From the NCBI GenBank assembly GCA_002633005.1, contig NMRA01000239.1:396288-460287 (forward strand): a stretch of 64,000 nucleotides of DNA. The letters run 5' to 3'. Both the position numbers and the translations under genes were made by a program. Positions 39,230 to 52,149 of this stretch are shown here, piece by piece; positions within the stretch are counted from its first letter, which is position 1, and each line of letters starts with the position of its first letter. The stretch comes from Phoronis australis. Its lineage: Eukaryota > Animalia > Phoronida. The notes beneath the pieces are model-generated. The model saw nothing but the letters and a program-made list of their open reading frames with translations, ran no database searches and was not told where the DNA came from.

Positions 39230-41979
39230 TATAATATGACCGATGAGGAGTTACCCTCTTATGTATTAGAGTCTACAAGTTAGACACTCTTAAACCATAA
39301 CATGCTATTGCTAGATATGCCAGGGTAACATTCACGGACCAAGATTCTGTAAATTTCGGGTGACAGCCTCTCTCCTCAAGCAAGACTCTCATACTTTTTC
39401 CCTGGTGTAACGGTTATGCATTTGTGCGCACGCCTTCAGGAATCGCTGAGTAATTCCTAAAAAGTACGGATTGTAAAGAAAATCTGGCAACTCGTCAACA
39501 CACAGGAAACTTGAAGGGCGCGAAGTTTTAACTTTTACATTGGTTGGCTTGTTGGATAAGAGAGTTCGTAGGTGTCTGATTTATACATTTGCGCGTCTGC
39601 GAAAATCGACAAAGATCCTTATTCACGAGTGATTTTTGTAATTCATAAACAAATGGCGTAAGAATCTGACGTGTCACTGATTGATGCAGATTGAACTTCG
39701 GGTAATCGATGTCATTCGACCATAAGCAGCGATTTCGATAGACGTTCTTTGCCAATTATTTTTGTAGATCCATTGGATCCCAACATTAGCAGTGACAATC
39801 AAAAGTTGATGGACATGAAGCAATGAACATTGGACAGGCAATGTTATCGGACTGACCGGTGGGTTTCTAAAAGACTATACCGAAGAAGGTCACAAACATG
39901 ACAGCAACTGACAAATCAGTTCAAGTTGGTGACGGTGTCGAATGTGTGCAATATCACTGAAATATAGTCAACGGTGATGGCATTGTTGTCTAACAATGGT
40001 GACATGACGTCATGAGCTTGCTCCAATACCTACTGCAAATTTTGCAGAAAAAGCGATGAGCCTTGTAAAAGGCATATCAGCCTTTTAAAAAGTCCTTGCA
40101 ATAGGAGGTGTCCACAAGGAATTACGGATGTCCAGAATTTGACGGTCATTGATGGTTCAGATCTTCTGTGGACTGAGGGAGAGTGATGTCTTCCTGATAT
40201 TTGAAAGATACCGAGACTTCAGCATCAAGCCTATCACAAGGGATGGGAGAGAAACTGGTGTCATCGACACCCACCACTTGCACGTAACTAGAAGGTTACA
40301 TGCTCAAAGGTGATCTTGAGTTCACCCGAGAACACAAAGGCAGCCTATTAGAATCATATGTGATGAGCTAGCTACAGACATACCACTTCACACTAGCATG
40401 AGGAACACAAGCTTGTAATCACTGGGAAAGACCCCAGTCCCTTGAAACCGAACAAAAGTATTGGCAGTAGGTACATGTATTATCTGGAGACATACCACGA
40501 AGAAGCCGACATCATTATTCGTCTACCAGCTCGTGACATGTGGATGTGAAGCTAGTAAACATTCGGTCGTTTTGGACGAGACCAATAATTTTGTGCTTCG
40601 TTTGCATTACTATGACAAGGAACAGGTTCAAATGTCACAGCCATGGAATAACCTAGTAAGCGTAAAACAGTCGTAGCTACATTACGTTGACAGTGGAAAC
40701 ATGTTCGTGACATTTTGAAGGGTTTTCTGTCTGCCAATGTGCTGTAAGGGTACCACGGTGGCATGCTACGTTGGAGTTGAAAAGGGACCCGTTGCTTAAC
40801 ATTGAAGGTGAGCATGACCTGCCTGCTAATGTAATAAAACAGGCCACTAAATTTTTTGTCTACCTGGAGTGATACGGATTGAAGGGATCCAGGAAGATGT
40901 CATGGACCAAACTACGTATAATATGGGGATGAAACATGGCAAGGGATATACTCCACGTCCGCCCTCAAACTGTGTGACTCTGTCACTGACAACAAAGGCA
41001 TTTGCAGAGAACATAAAAGATCCCATTATCAGCTCAACTAGCACCAGATCTAGAGGACTATGTATGGAAGATAGATGTCATAAACAAATCGCTCTCACTA
41101 ACTACAGTTCTGGATTGTGTCCAACTTCCGGCCCACCCCCCAACTGCCTACTGGAGATGATTAGATGTGGTTGCAAAGGTCAGATTCCTTGTTATTCACG
41201 TAGATACAGTTGTAGCGTCAATTGTCCACCCTACACAATATTTTGGACATGTTACACAGTAGTGTGCTCACGTTCTGCGTCTTGAATGGGAATTTGAAAC
41301 ATCTTGTAATTACATGTATGCCTTACTCGCTTAGGCAATTATCCTGGGATTATGCAATTAAGCAATTTGGTCATCTACTAGATCTACCCTGGGTATCAGA
41401 GCAAGATGGAATTTGGAATGTCTGTAATAAATTCGTGATGTAATGACAGATTTCACTAACTTCAATAACCAAGGAAACATCAGTACAAATACCAAAATAA
41501 TCTACATGTAGAACTTCCGTAAGAAAGTTGAGGGCAAAATAATAATGGCCGCCTTTATTTGAATAAATTATACAAATTTATTATGCAACAAATTGCAAAC
41601 TGATTTCATTAAGCTAACTGACATGATAGGTCACTTGGGTGCCTGGTACCTTAGCTATAAGCACAAAAAGAATTTGAATAAGGGCGGCCTTAATTTGAAT
41701 AAATTATGCAAATTCACGATGCATCCACCAATGAACTTGCACTTTAAAGTTTTCTGTCCCTGGAAACATGGGTGAAATTGTCAAAATAATCTGTCTGCAA
41801 TGCGTGGAAAGGAAATTAAAAGCAAATATAGAATTTTGCATAATTACGGCCTTGATTTGAGTATTTAAAAAATACCCAAGAGTTGCCAACAGTTACCTTT
41901 ACACATAACCCTTCATGAAACAGCAAAGAAAAAAACTTTATCTAGAAAATCCAGGCTTAGCCCCCTGGCTCCCGGACTA
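39230..41979 (+). mobile_element. Decayed Academ-type DNA transposon (XPG-like nuclease plus Cys-rich tail); left boundary approximate
   Basis: VIDGSDLLW (~40145), HEEAD (40496-40510), PPPNCLLEMIRCGCK..C.SRRYSC...C (~41135-41260); right end ...CCCGGACTA; many stops and frameshifts. Confidence 0.7.
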
Positions 41980-42409
41980 ATTTCCTTGATCCACAAAAAG
42001 TGAATAGTTTGCGAGTAACACTTGAAAAGAATACTCAAACTCTGTTTCGTAGGAGTACGTGGCCTAGCGTTGGGTTTTGGAAACATCTGACGTATACGGG
42101 CGTATTTATGCCCATGCGCACATGTCCTAGATGACTTTTTTCGAAAAGTGTTTGGTGCTCATAGGTGCATGCGCCAAGCTTCTCTTGAAAGCAAACGCGA
42201 TCATCCTTGGTATATGTGGATGGGCGTTTATGTGGATCTAGACTCTAGAGTCCATTCTGAGTGGTTTTCAATTGGATTAATGCTATAACAAAGTCCGCCG
42301 GGCTCAGTGCCCAATCTGCTTGCCGACCACTGAGTCTAGGGGAAACCGAGTCCCCTGACAACGGTCATCGACCTGATAACACTACATTAACATAAAAGAA
42401 AATACTTAC

Positions 42410-42517
42410 AAAACATGCCTGCGTATACGGCGGTGTGTCGAACGAGGCTGATGGCGGTAATTGACATGATGCTGAGAGTACCGGCCGCGAACACCGTAAA
42501 ACCATACATCATACAAC
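42410..42517 (-). CDS. opn5: Neuropsin (Opn5-like) exon: TM3
   Basis: tcatag|...|gtaagt, 108 nt, phase 1-1; GCMMYGFTVFAAGTLSIMSITAISLVRHTAVYAGMF (C110, Y113); too short for the ORF track; in frame with both neighbouring exons. Confidence 0.92.
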
Positions 42518-44775
42518 CTATGACAAAACAAAACATATGTCTTAGAGAATATAATACCCATGCAAATATTTAGACGAAAGGTGAAGCCTCATCTGTATGC
42601 GTTTTATTGCAGGAGTAAAACCGTATAAAACGTCATTCATTTTATACTCATGGCGCACAACCACGAGTAAAATCACCGAGCCTTCCATCGAAATAGAAAT
42701 TCCTATTTTTTGTCCGTATTTACATGTATCATGGCAAACAAAAGTTGAAAAAAACATTTCGAAAATCGATATTGGTAATTCAGATATCAAAAGTCGGATT
42801 TGAATTCATTTCCGATTCTCCTTGTGGGCGATTTAAAAAGTTTCAGAATCATACAATGAGCCCATGCTCGCTGTCAATATAGGTGAATTTTACAGTCGAC
42901 GTTGGAAAATGTGATGCTCGCTGTGTAGTGAACATTAATTTCCAAAGGTGTATTTCCAAATTACTAAACAATTATTGACTTTCACCGGCGGAGGTCAAAA
43001 TGATTTTTAGATTCTAAACAGGTAACAATTACGACTACATCAGCTAATGGAGTACATGGATGGGCTTTTGATCGTATGTCTACCACGTGTCAGTCAGCTA
43101 CCAGTTTTTTTACAAAACGTGGTGGAGAGATATCGGAAAAATCCAGGAAATGCTGGAAATAGACAAGGTACAATCGGCTATACTTTGGGCACAAATAACA
43201 AACCCGTTTAACGCAATTTTCACCGATTACGTCCATTTTCTCCCAACATGTCCACTTTGACCCACTATCCCCATTTTTGTTTGCCAGGTCCATTTTCACC
43301 CATTAAATCAATTTGCACTCATTAAACCGGTGCGATCAATTTATCCATTGTTAAAAATAAGACCTGTTTCCCAAAGGTGGATTAAACGGCCATCAATTTT
43401 CTTTTAATCAAAGAGACTGACATGGACATAATCGGTCAGGGGTATTTGACCAATTTTGACCATTTTGACCCATTATATATGTCTATTTTGCTTATTAAAT
43501 CCATTTTGCCTTCAAAACAACTTTCATTCGTTAAGTCGGATTTCATTCATAAGTTAATTGCAAAAAATAATTTAAATGTCGCAGGGATTGATCATAACGG
43601 CTATTTATTCCCTTTTGATGAGCTATGCTGAAGTCGGATTTGATTCATTAGCTTAGCGTTGAAAGTATTTCGTATTTTACGAAGGTAGATTAGAACGTTT
43701 CTAGCCGTTCAAAATTCACCTTGGCATAGACAACACTGTGTCTTTTTCATTCTCTTTCAAAACATGAATATTTTATCAAAATTATATTCATCTCCCTTGA
43801 AGTATAATTGCAGTTCTAAGTCCGACATTTGTAGGAATTCATTTTACACTCGCTTATTGTCACCAACACAAGGCGTGTTCTTACACTGTTGAAATATAAC
43901 GGTTTCTGAGCTTAAAATAGAGGTTTAAAAATAATTAACAGTTACTTAAATTAGCACTACAATGCAACAGGTTTGGTGTGAAGGCTACTTCCTTTTCGAA
44001 GCTCTTTTGATCTATGAGACATAATGGCGGCTAAGGCTACACACTAAAGCCAAAACCAACCAATGAAGGTAAAGATAGTCAGTTGCTGATGTCTCAGTGC
44101 AAGTATTGCGATAATGAGCATGAGTCACGTATGATGAGTTTGGCACCAATTAAGTCCACAACGTTCTTTTAGATAATTTGGTTTTAACCAAATTGTCTAA
44201 AAGTGCGTTGTGGACTAAATACGAAAAACAATTAAAATTGTTTTTCGTATTCAGTTACCTCTCACGGTTACATTTTACGTCATTACATACCGTCACAAAG
44301 CTAATTAGTTGAACTCACAAACTTAGAACTGGAAAAAATGAAATCAGTATGGTGATGTTTAATATGTCGGCCTAAAGAAAATTGATCATGGGCTAGACCC
44401 TATCTTCGCCAGGTTTTCGGTAGAAATACGTTCAGTGATGTTTATGTAGCTAGGAATAATGCTGTGCGGGTAAGAACATAACGTTGCCTCCCACCAAGCA
44501 CCCGCCATTGCGCCTACTTGACTAGCATCTGTTAGCGGCGTAGCTGAGTCAGCCTTGCTACCGCTCTCACCCATTTTCAACTGTGCACGATAGCCTACAT
44601 GAGCATTTTTACGATGTCGACTTGCTCAAATATTGGGCTAGAATTAGCGAACACAATTATAGAAAATTGATTCACAGAAGGCTTATCTTTCAGTTGCTAA
44701 CCTTAACATATATTTAATTAAGGCTAACAACTTATTCAGAATAACCATACTGTCCTCACATTGGGTCCTAATGAG

Positions 44776-44921
44776 GGGAGGATCCAGGATTTTTATTTGG
44801 GGGGGGAGCCAGGATTTTACCCATCAGACATTCGCATCCCCGAACTGCCAAATGGAATCTGGGAGAGTTTTAGGGGGGGGTGGGGCATGGCCCCCTTGGC
44901 CCCACTCTATATCCGCCACTG
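44776..44921. mobile_element. hAT-type MITE
   Basis: GGGAGGATCCAGGATTTT...ATCCGCCACTG ends; flanking 8-mers CTAATGAG / CTAATAAG. Confidence 0.7.
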
Positions 44922-45069
44922 CTAATAAGAATAAGACCAAACTATAATACCTATGTACAAGTCTTGAAAAGGCGTGGGGATATAGATCCCAAACATTTTT
45001 AAGTCTGATCTACACGCAACCTGTTGGCCACATCAGGTGACTTAATGAACAATAGTCTGAAAAGATTTC

Positions 45070-45144
45070 CGCCCCGAGCGGGACTCGAACCCGGGGCCTT
45101 CAACTAACCGTGCAAATACTCTAGTCCACTGAGCCATCGCTACC
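45070..45144 (-). mobile_element. tRNA-derived SINE head or tRNA pseudogene
   Basis: A box TGGCTCAGTGG, B box GGTTCGAGTCC; D and T arms pair, acceptor and anticodon stems do not. Confidence 0.75.
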
Positions 45145-45901
45145 ACTGGTCGATCACGGAAATCCAATCAGACTAAGCACTGGGCATCTCGCCCATAAAC
45201 TCGTGAGTGCATATAAACGTTCACTAGACCACAAACAGAAATACGCGCGTGGTTCACATGTACCACGCAAGGGCATATCTCATTCGATAAAACATGATGG
45301 ATTTGCTGTACTGACAGCAAAACACAGGACACAAATTTCCTGCTAATGCTTGGTCAGTATCTCTTACACCACGACAAACAAAATCAGATGTAGCTGTTAT
45401 AGTGTGAGTTTCTGTGACACTAAAGGTAAATGTTTTTAACGCGTTAGGCATACGATAAGTGTATGGTAGATGTGAACCCCGAATGTTATACGTTAAAATA
45501 TTAGTTAAACGATGGGACTGCCAATCTACCTCTCTAAAGAGCCTAATCTATAATGCACAGAAGTTTTTACGCTGAAATCACCCCGTAGTGTGAGAAAAAT
45601 GCATCCCCACCGAAAACCAAATAGCGGAGGTTGTAAAAGGCAAAGCGACTACATCTTGTTACAGCTAGACAAGGTCAGTATAGAGACAGGAATTAAAACT
45701 GCAAAAATGATTTCTGGTGTCATCTAGTTTCAGGAGCTATATTTGAATTTCATATAGCTATTATTTTTTGCTACACGGACCCGTTTTTGAGGGAGGGGGG
45801 GGGAGGATCTTGTGCGATTACATGAAGCCTAAACTAAATAAAAGTATAACTTGACCTATCACACGTCATCGACTTCTCGGGGTCAATTAAGGAAAACTCC
45901 T

Positions 45902-46020
45902 GGGTAAACTTCAGTGACATCAGATCCTCGCTAGGACCTCGCTAAAAACAAGACTTCGCACGATTACTCGAGTCTTTGCCATGTATTTTCAATAAGAGGA
46001 GGTGATTTTGGCTGGATTTT
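45902..46020 (+). mobile_element. MITE family A copy (diverged, partial)
   Basis: GCTAGGACCTCGCTAAAAACAAGACTTCGCACGATTAC. Confidence 0.7.
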
Positions 46021-46558
46021 TCACGGCGCGAGACAGTTGTTTGGCTCTAGCCATAATGTCAGGATGCGTTGCGTCTGTCGCGAAAGGTGCTAACAGGTTT
46101 AGTTACATCATAGCTTTTCAATCAGAATAGAAATTCAGATTCAGTTTCTCCTTCTTGTTCTCAATATTAACAAAAACATTCCAAATCATGTGACTGAGGT
46201 ACGCTAAATTTTTACTGTCCGGTACACCTATGAAAATGCAAATTTCACATACCAAAATACGTTTAAGTAATTGTCTGTTGGATACTTTGTTAAAAGTTAC
46301 GGGCGAGACTGTATGTGTCGTGCACTTCGCCAGCGACAGACTATGGAGAAGGGTTATGTTTCCTTCTTTGACCTATATGGAATTGAGCGTGTCATGTGCA
46401 ACTGAACTGAAATGTACGCGTTGTGGTGAAAAAACACTTTTTGGTGTTCATCGGATATTTGCTTTGTAACACAAGAACATCTTGGAGAGGTGTTACTGAA
46501 GTTTTAAAACACCATCTTTATTATTGGCAAGAAGAAACTGACCAGATGCATTTAAAAC

Positions 46559-46651
46559 AGAGCCCAGACAAGCACTAGCAAGAGAGCCCAGACAAGCACT
46601 AGCAAGAGAGCCCAGACAAGCACTAGCAACAGAGCCCAGACAAGCACTAGC
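46559..46651. repeat. 24-bp minisatellite, ~3.9 copies
   Basis: AGAGCCCAGACAAGCACTAGCAAG repeated directly, one mismatch. Confidence 0.95.
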
Positions 46652-48346
46652 TTATGGCAAGTCCTAATTCAACAAGTAAAAAACTAAAAAAAAAGCATTT
46701 TATTACAGTGACGATGGTCATGCAAGTAACAAAAACCCTAGAGCAGTTTTGGAGACCAAAATTTGACTTAAAATCACGAAGATATCAAAATAAAAATAAG
46801 GACCAATAATAAGCATATTTTCAGAATCCCTGTGACTGTTGAGATGAAACCTCGGAAGACACTCGACCTGTACAATTTGGCTGAGAAGTTTTCGCGGCGG
46901 CCGCATTGTGGAGCGCTCAACGGCCGCATGACTTACTTTGCTTCAGATCACGAACCCGTGACAACAGTAGGCCTAATTATCAAAATATGGAACGCGAAAG
47001 CTTGACAAAAGTATCTTTTAAACAATTTCTGACGAAAGTACCACTTCGCAACGTCTAGTACAAAGTAATTCTCTTTACAATGTGAATCTACAGAAAAATC
47101 ACGAAATTCACGCTTTTTGAAATACACACGAATGAAAAACTGTGGTAACCACAGAGTTTCTAATCTAAAGGTAAATGCGCGCATGCGCTCAAAGTCAGTT
47201 GCTTGAAATTGCTTGAGATCAAAGGTCACATTTTCCATGTGTTGCCATACCAAAAAAAGAAGACGTGCTTCGCTTTATCGGAGATAAGTTGACAAAGTAG
47301 ACGCATTTCAACACTCCGCGTTGCTCTTTAGCGCTGCAATAAATCCTCATTTAGTGCAAAGCTGTAACAAATCTGGCCGCACCTAATACAGCAGCTAGTA
47401 TTGGTTGGTACAATCGTACTAATACCGGGGCTGTAATAATTTGTAGCTCATCCGACCTTTCTGAATTATTTAACTGGGTTTCCGTTAATGTAAGTACATG
47501 TAAGATAAGAGAACACTATTTTAGCGTACACGCTTTCAGCGTGAATGTACCTCTTTTTTGAGTACAGATAATCTAACGACAGTCTTTTCTAAAGGGATAT
47601 CAGAAAAATAGCATTTTGTAAAATTACATCTTTGCACGCATTTGTATTTTTTTACTGGCAGTTCAGAAAATTTTAAGTTCTTCGCTATTCAACTGCGGCA
47701 GCAATTTTGTTCGTGCATCATCAGACTGTTTTGGAATTCCATATTTAATTCTGATTATTTCGAAACATTTGATAACCCCTTGAAAAAGCGTCAATCGGCA
47801 CGAATTTCAACTACATGTAGATTGATTTGCGGTCTAATTCCTTTCATGAAATTTATAACTGAAAAGAATTGAACTCGGCCATTCGTTAAAGAGAGTAGTA
47901 CTTTTCTTCGATGAGTACCAGAAAACACGAAAAAAACCCGCATCATTACAAAACGTTTCAGTGAATTTTTATATGTAAAACAATCTTTCCACATCAAACC
48001 AGCATACCCATTGACACAAATGTGGTGATTTAGATTGTAACGGCAAAACTGAACTCATTCTCTTTACTTCAGATAAGAACCGGCTGTGAGCTCTGGAGGC
48101 CAGCTAATGGCAGACATTTCCTCAACCATACTGTTGCTCATGTGCAGTGTACTTTCATTTACTGATTCTCATATGGTTGAGAAAGGAAGTACCTTTAGGT
48201 TGGAGTCGAAGCTGATAGTCACGGCAATGGCTAGAGTGTTTACAATATCCACTCACCTTTGAAGCGTTTCACTCTCTTTCGCAGTTTTTAATGAAAGAAA
48301 AGTTTCATAAAGTAAAGACTACAAACGTGTTTGATCATCAACTCAC

Positions 48347-48523
48347 CGATCTGCCCAAATATCCATCGGTGACTGAAGCACGAAATGGCCGACATGAGTG
48401 ATATTGTTGCATGCAGTGTGTCGTCAATGGCCAGGGTTGCCACTAACATGTCAAACAGGCTCCGTTTCTTGAGACGGTAAGTGTGGCGAAAGACGAAGAA
48501 GTTCAAAGAATAGCATAGCAGGC
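48347..48523 (-). CDS. opn5: Neuropsin (Opn5-like) exon: end of TM1, TM2, ECL1
   Basis: ttacag|...G|gtgagt, 177 nt, phase 1-1; LLCYSLNFFVFRHTYRLKKRSLFDMLVATLAIDDTLHATISLMSAISCFSHRWIFGQIG; ISCFxHRWxFG is characteristic of Opn5. Confidence 0.9.
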
Positions 48524-48536
48524 CTGTAAAATAAAA

Positions 48537-49544
48537 CATCTTTCTGTTTGGAACCCACCAGAAATTAAAACAACAAAAACTATCCCTTTCTATCAACGGT
48601 TCTCCCATCGAGAATGTTGACAAGTTTAAGTACTTGGGCCTTATTTTAGATCCCAATCTTAAATTTAATATGCACACAGATCATATCACAAAGAAATTAT
48701 CAAAGAAAATCGGTGTACTTAAACGTCTAGGCAAATTTCTTAATGTCAGTACTCTCAAGACTCTTTACCATTCTATTATTCAGCCTCATATTGATTATTG
48801 TATACCGGTTTGGGGGGCACACTAGTGACACACTTGTCAGCAAAGTCCAAGTAATCCAAAATAGAGCCGCCAGGGCTATCCTGGGTACTAGAATTAGGGA
48901 CACTAGGGTTGACGACTTGTATTCCAAGCTGGGATTTATGAAAGTAAGACAAAGAAATAAAAATCTCTCTGTCTGTTGTATGTACAGATGTATCAATGGC
49001 TTGACTCCAGCAAATCTCAGCAGTAAATTCAATAGCAGTCAGGCTGTATATTCTACACGTTCTTCTGTTGCTGGCAATGTTTCTTCTAAAAAAATTAAAA
49101 CCGAGACGGGCAAGAGATCTTTTATCTATGCAGCTGCTGTAATATGGAATTATCTTAGCCCAGAAATTAAACGGTCCAATTCAATCACTACCTTTAAAGT
49201 AAATATTAAAAAGTGGCTGTAATTTACCTAACCTTTTATACCCTGCCTGTATTAATCATGTCATTTTTTCATTGTCGTAAATACTCTCACTGTCTAGAGT
49301 CATCTCTTAATTTATTTCATCTGTCTTAGTTAAATTTTTACCATTATTCGTCATTTAGTTAATGTCTTAATTCTCAACCTGTTTTAATTTTATCTTTGTT
49401 ACGTATATTTCATTGTTGTTTTATTACTTCATTGTATTATATTACTGTTTTTCTTGTTGAAGGCCCTCTTGGAAAGCAGTGCTATCACTGAAGAGGTCAC
49501 CCTCATTTTAAATATCACAATAATAAATAAATAAATAAATAAAT
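48537..49544 (+). mobile_element. 5'-truncated CR1/L2-group (Crack-like) LINE
   Basis: FLFGT..INGSPIENVDKFKYLGLILD, IIQPHIDYCIPVWG, frameshift in a G-run, IQNRAARAIL, KRSFIYAAAVIWNYL; 3' hairpin 49465-49496; (TAAA)n tail. Confidence 0.93.
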
Positions 49545-49845
49545 GGACAAAACAATAATCTTCGAGAACAGAAACAGTTAAAAATTCGTTTATTTATTGA
49601 GACGTTTTATCGCGCTGGATTTTAAAATGTGGCTAAGGTTGTTAAATCTTCATTTGCATGGACTTGACTAAGTACATGTACGACCAACGACAGATTATGA
49701 CGAGATTCTTATCATTAACAAATGTATGTCTTATGAAACGTTACAACGACGTTCAACTCTTTTGAGAGTAGACATATTTTAATTTTCATCAATGCACTTA
49801 GAATTTGACCTGATATGAATACTGTGAATTAATTCACAGCATACC

Positions 49846-49981
49846 GGGGTAGAGTTCACTAGCTGTCTCACGGAGAGATAAATCTAGTCAGAATCCCGTG
49901 CTCTCATTTGAAATACACGGCAATATCTCGCGTGGTCTCGCAAAGTCTTGCTTTTCTAGCGAGGTCCTGAACTCTACCCGG
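49846..49981 (-). mobile_element. MITE family A copy with GGGTAGAGTTCA TIRs
   Basis: GGGTAGAGTTCA ... TGAACTCTACCC 12-bp TIR around the reverse-complement core. Confidence 0.85.
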
Positions 49982-51275
49982 GATATTCTGCGAACAAGTC
50001 TTCCAAATATAGGCCCGTGGGACTAAATTCGCAGCCACGATTGATCCTTTCTATGATTAATGATCTTGTTATTCTTGGAGCTCATTTATATTGCAGTAGC
50101 GGCATGAAATCTTTTTGATGAGTGATGTCGAACACGATGACCGAAATGCTAATGACAACTGCAACAAGAAGGTTGTAAAAACAGTCGATTCCAGTGTTCA
50201 GAGACACTTATATAACTATGCCTGGGTCACTTCGAATTTTGCCCAAGAAAAATTTCACTCCGGTGTTTTTCTCGAGTTGAATTAATGTGTTGAATCTGAG
50301 AAAGCCATAAATACCAATTTCCGATATAAAAATGTGCAAACACAAAAACTAGTCTTACAGGAATAATTGTTTCACTGTCTGTCACAATGAATGTTTCCAA
50401 AAACACTGTAAACCACGAGATATTTATTGTTGTTTAATATCAACGTTTGTAATCATACGTTGATTTTAAGACATCTGTATTGGCAACTAGAGAGACATTC
50501 GTCGGGACATGTTTTACGATCTGTATTCCGGTTATAGACCACGTATTCCTAACATATGCCTTGCATATGTTGTCGAAAGTTAAATGGCCATTGAAGGAGT
50601 GCGTGTTTTTATTATTTTAACTACTTTTTGAGTAATTGGAAATAAATATATGAAAAAAACTTAAAAAACACAAAATCTCGAATAAATTGGGAACAGTAGG
50701 CTGCAGCAGGATACAGATAACACAATTCCTTCAGTGGTTGACGAGATCTATCGACATACCACATTCCAGAAAAATCCCTCAAAGGACCGCAGAGCTTAGA
50801 GCTCCGCGAAACAAAATATCGAAACTTTGCCGCCAGAGCTCTACTTTTGCGCCAATTTTTCCGAAAACAACCTACCAAGAAATATTAACGAGGTACACGT
50901 TGTGTGTGAATTTCATGTGGAATGAACAAAAAATGGAACTTGTAGCGTGCGTCTAAACAAAAAACAAACTTCATGATAAAGCAACTGCCGATGACCACAG
51001 CAAAGCTTGGTCAACATACGTAGACGAGTTGAGAAGAATGTCAATACCGAACGCACCATTGATGGTGCTTATATCGCAGCCAACATTATTCAAGATGGTG
51101 TCCACATCGATGCCAGCGCAAACAGCCACAGGACAAGAACAACATAACGTCCACAGGGGCGCCGTCTAGGTCACCTCGGCCGACATCCTTCAATAACCGA
51201 AACGACAATGACATAACCCTGAACAAAAAGCGCTTCAAACCACCCCACCCCCGCTAACAGAATGCAACTGAAAAA

Positions 51276-51430
51276 CAGTGCTGTTGTGCGGCGTAGGCGC
51301 ACGTAGGCGCAGCCAACCACCTCTTGGCATTTGAACGTAGCGCCTGCGCACCGTAAGTTACGTTCAGTGCTCAAGGTGATACGGTGGGCTTGGGCGCCTA
51401 CTTACCTTTAATTTTCCCACTACAGCACTG
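51276..51430. mobile_element. hAT-type MITE (family B, copy 2, inverted)
   Basis: Reverse complement of 3744-3899; TSD CTGAAAAA / CTGAAAAG. Confidence 0.88.
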
Positions 51431-52149
51431 CTGAAAAGTGGCAACGACTATGGCTACGTCGGTGAAGACTACATGTACAATGAGGATGAAAAGAACTTGA
51501 AATCTATTATTAATTTCACATCCGTCGATCGGGTACAGTACCCATATTCTTGAAACCTGAGACGTAAGAGCAGCTAGTATGGAGTCATCACTAAGTCTTG
51601 GTTAACTGCGAACATACATGTAAATTCAAATAAACAACTTAACTAAGTGACATATTTGGAGAAATTGCATTTCACCACGTAGTGAAAGCGCTTTGAGGAG
51701 CATCACGTGGCAAAATCGAATAAAGAACTTAAAACTGAAGCAACAACGAATGCCAGAACGCCAAGGAATACGACGTCAACGCCCATGACACCAACGGCCA
51801 GCAAGAGACCGCCAGTGACACTGGCATTGGCGACAACATCGATGATGACGTCACTTGCTCAACAACACTGGCGCCGATAAGAGCACAAAAAGACACGAAT
51901 GCCGCTGACAACGAGATCGCTGTCAGTGACATTGCCACTGCCTACTCTGCTTACTCTCTCTCAACAAGATACACGACAATCTTATAGCTGTTACAAATGT
52001 TAACAAGCCCCCCTGCAACTTCAGCCAGTCACGTGGAACTATTTGTTGATGCGTTTGCGGTTGTCGTTATTAAACCGAGCACAGGTAACAAAGAATTCAA
52101 TGTTGCGGTCGATCACACCATTGATCTACTAAAAATAAATTACAACTGC

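Noticed and set aside
45070-45144. Functional tRNA gene
   Set aside because: Acceptor and anticodon stems do not pair; better explained as a SINE head or pseudogene.
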